Source: Octopus vulgaris (lineage: Eukaryota). Taken from it: a stretch of DNA of 64,000 nt. Location: the NCBI GenBank assembly GCA_951406725.2, contig OX597834.1:17422001-17486000 (forward strand), read 5' to 3'. The notes below the pieces were generated by a model that was not told the origin of the DNA, ran no database searches, and saw only the letters and a list, made by a program, of their open reading frames with translations. Both the position numbers and the translations under genes were made by a program. How positions within the stretch are numbered: position 1 is the stretch's first letter; each line of letters begins with the position of its first letter. Positions 63,539 to 64,000 of the stretch are shown one piece after another.

Positions 63539-64000
63539 GGCGGCGAGCTGGCAGAAACGTAAGCATGCTTAGCGGTATTTTGTTTGCCGTTACGTTCTGA
63601 GTTCAAATTCCGCCAAGGTCGACTTTGCCTTTCATCCTTTCAGGGTCGACAAATTAAGTACCAGTTACGCACTGGGGTCGAGGTAATTGACTTAATCCGT
63701 TTGTCTGTCCTTGTCTGTCCTCTCTGTGCTTAGCCCCTTATGGGTAGTAAAGAAATAGGTATTTCATCTGTCTTTACGTTCCGAGTTCAAATTCCACCGA
63801 GGTTGACTTTGCCTTTCATCCTTTCGGGGTCGATAAATTAAGTACCAGTTATGCACTGCGGTCGATGTAATTGACTTAATCCATTTGTCTGTCCTTGTCT
63901 GTCCTCTCTGTGTTTAGCCCCTTGTGGGTAGTAAAGAAATAAGTATTTCATCTGCCGCTATGTTCTGAGTTCAAATTTTGCTGAGGTCAACTTTGCCATT
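63539..64000 (+). mobile_element. Tandem multimer of SINE B (period ~184 bp, runs off the window)
   Basis: Unit 1 starts at the A box; units 2 (63759) and 3 (63943) start at gtatttcatctg directly after the gaaata tail. Confidence 0.9.

Overview
AT-rich, microsatellite-laden animal (not microbial) DNA. The repeat complement points to an octopus genome (inference from the SINE/RTE families and the (TA)n/(CA)n/(ATG)n load; not database-checked). I see no intact multi-exon or long coding gene, and nearly all ORFs in the track are simple-repeat or SINE translations. The window is built from: (1) at least four tRNA-headed SINE families (here A, B, C, E); (2) 5'-truncated RTE-clade LINEs of several lineages, one with a tandemly repeated 3' UTR and (GAT)n tails; (3) a decayed L1/Tx1-type RT; (4) DNA transposon relics and MITEs (Tc1/mariner, pogo/Tigger, piggyBac-like, a Merlin-like 8-bp-TSD element with telomeric repeats, hAT, Helitron-like); (5) a ~420 bp local duplication. 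The most notable signal is about eight minimal type I hammerhead ribozyme motifs. Six sit in a dispersed ~120-240 bp Penelope-like non-autonomous element associated with (TA)n tracts. The motif at 57510 and an unrelated long-stem one at 1805-1880 keep an intact core and perfect stem II, and two pairs of copies share non-canonical cores. Also noted, more speculatively: four short ATG-initiated phase-1 candidate first exons on + strand, and several fold-back structures that could form dsRNA. Repeat boundaries were read by eye and may be off by a few bases.
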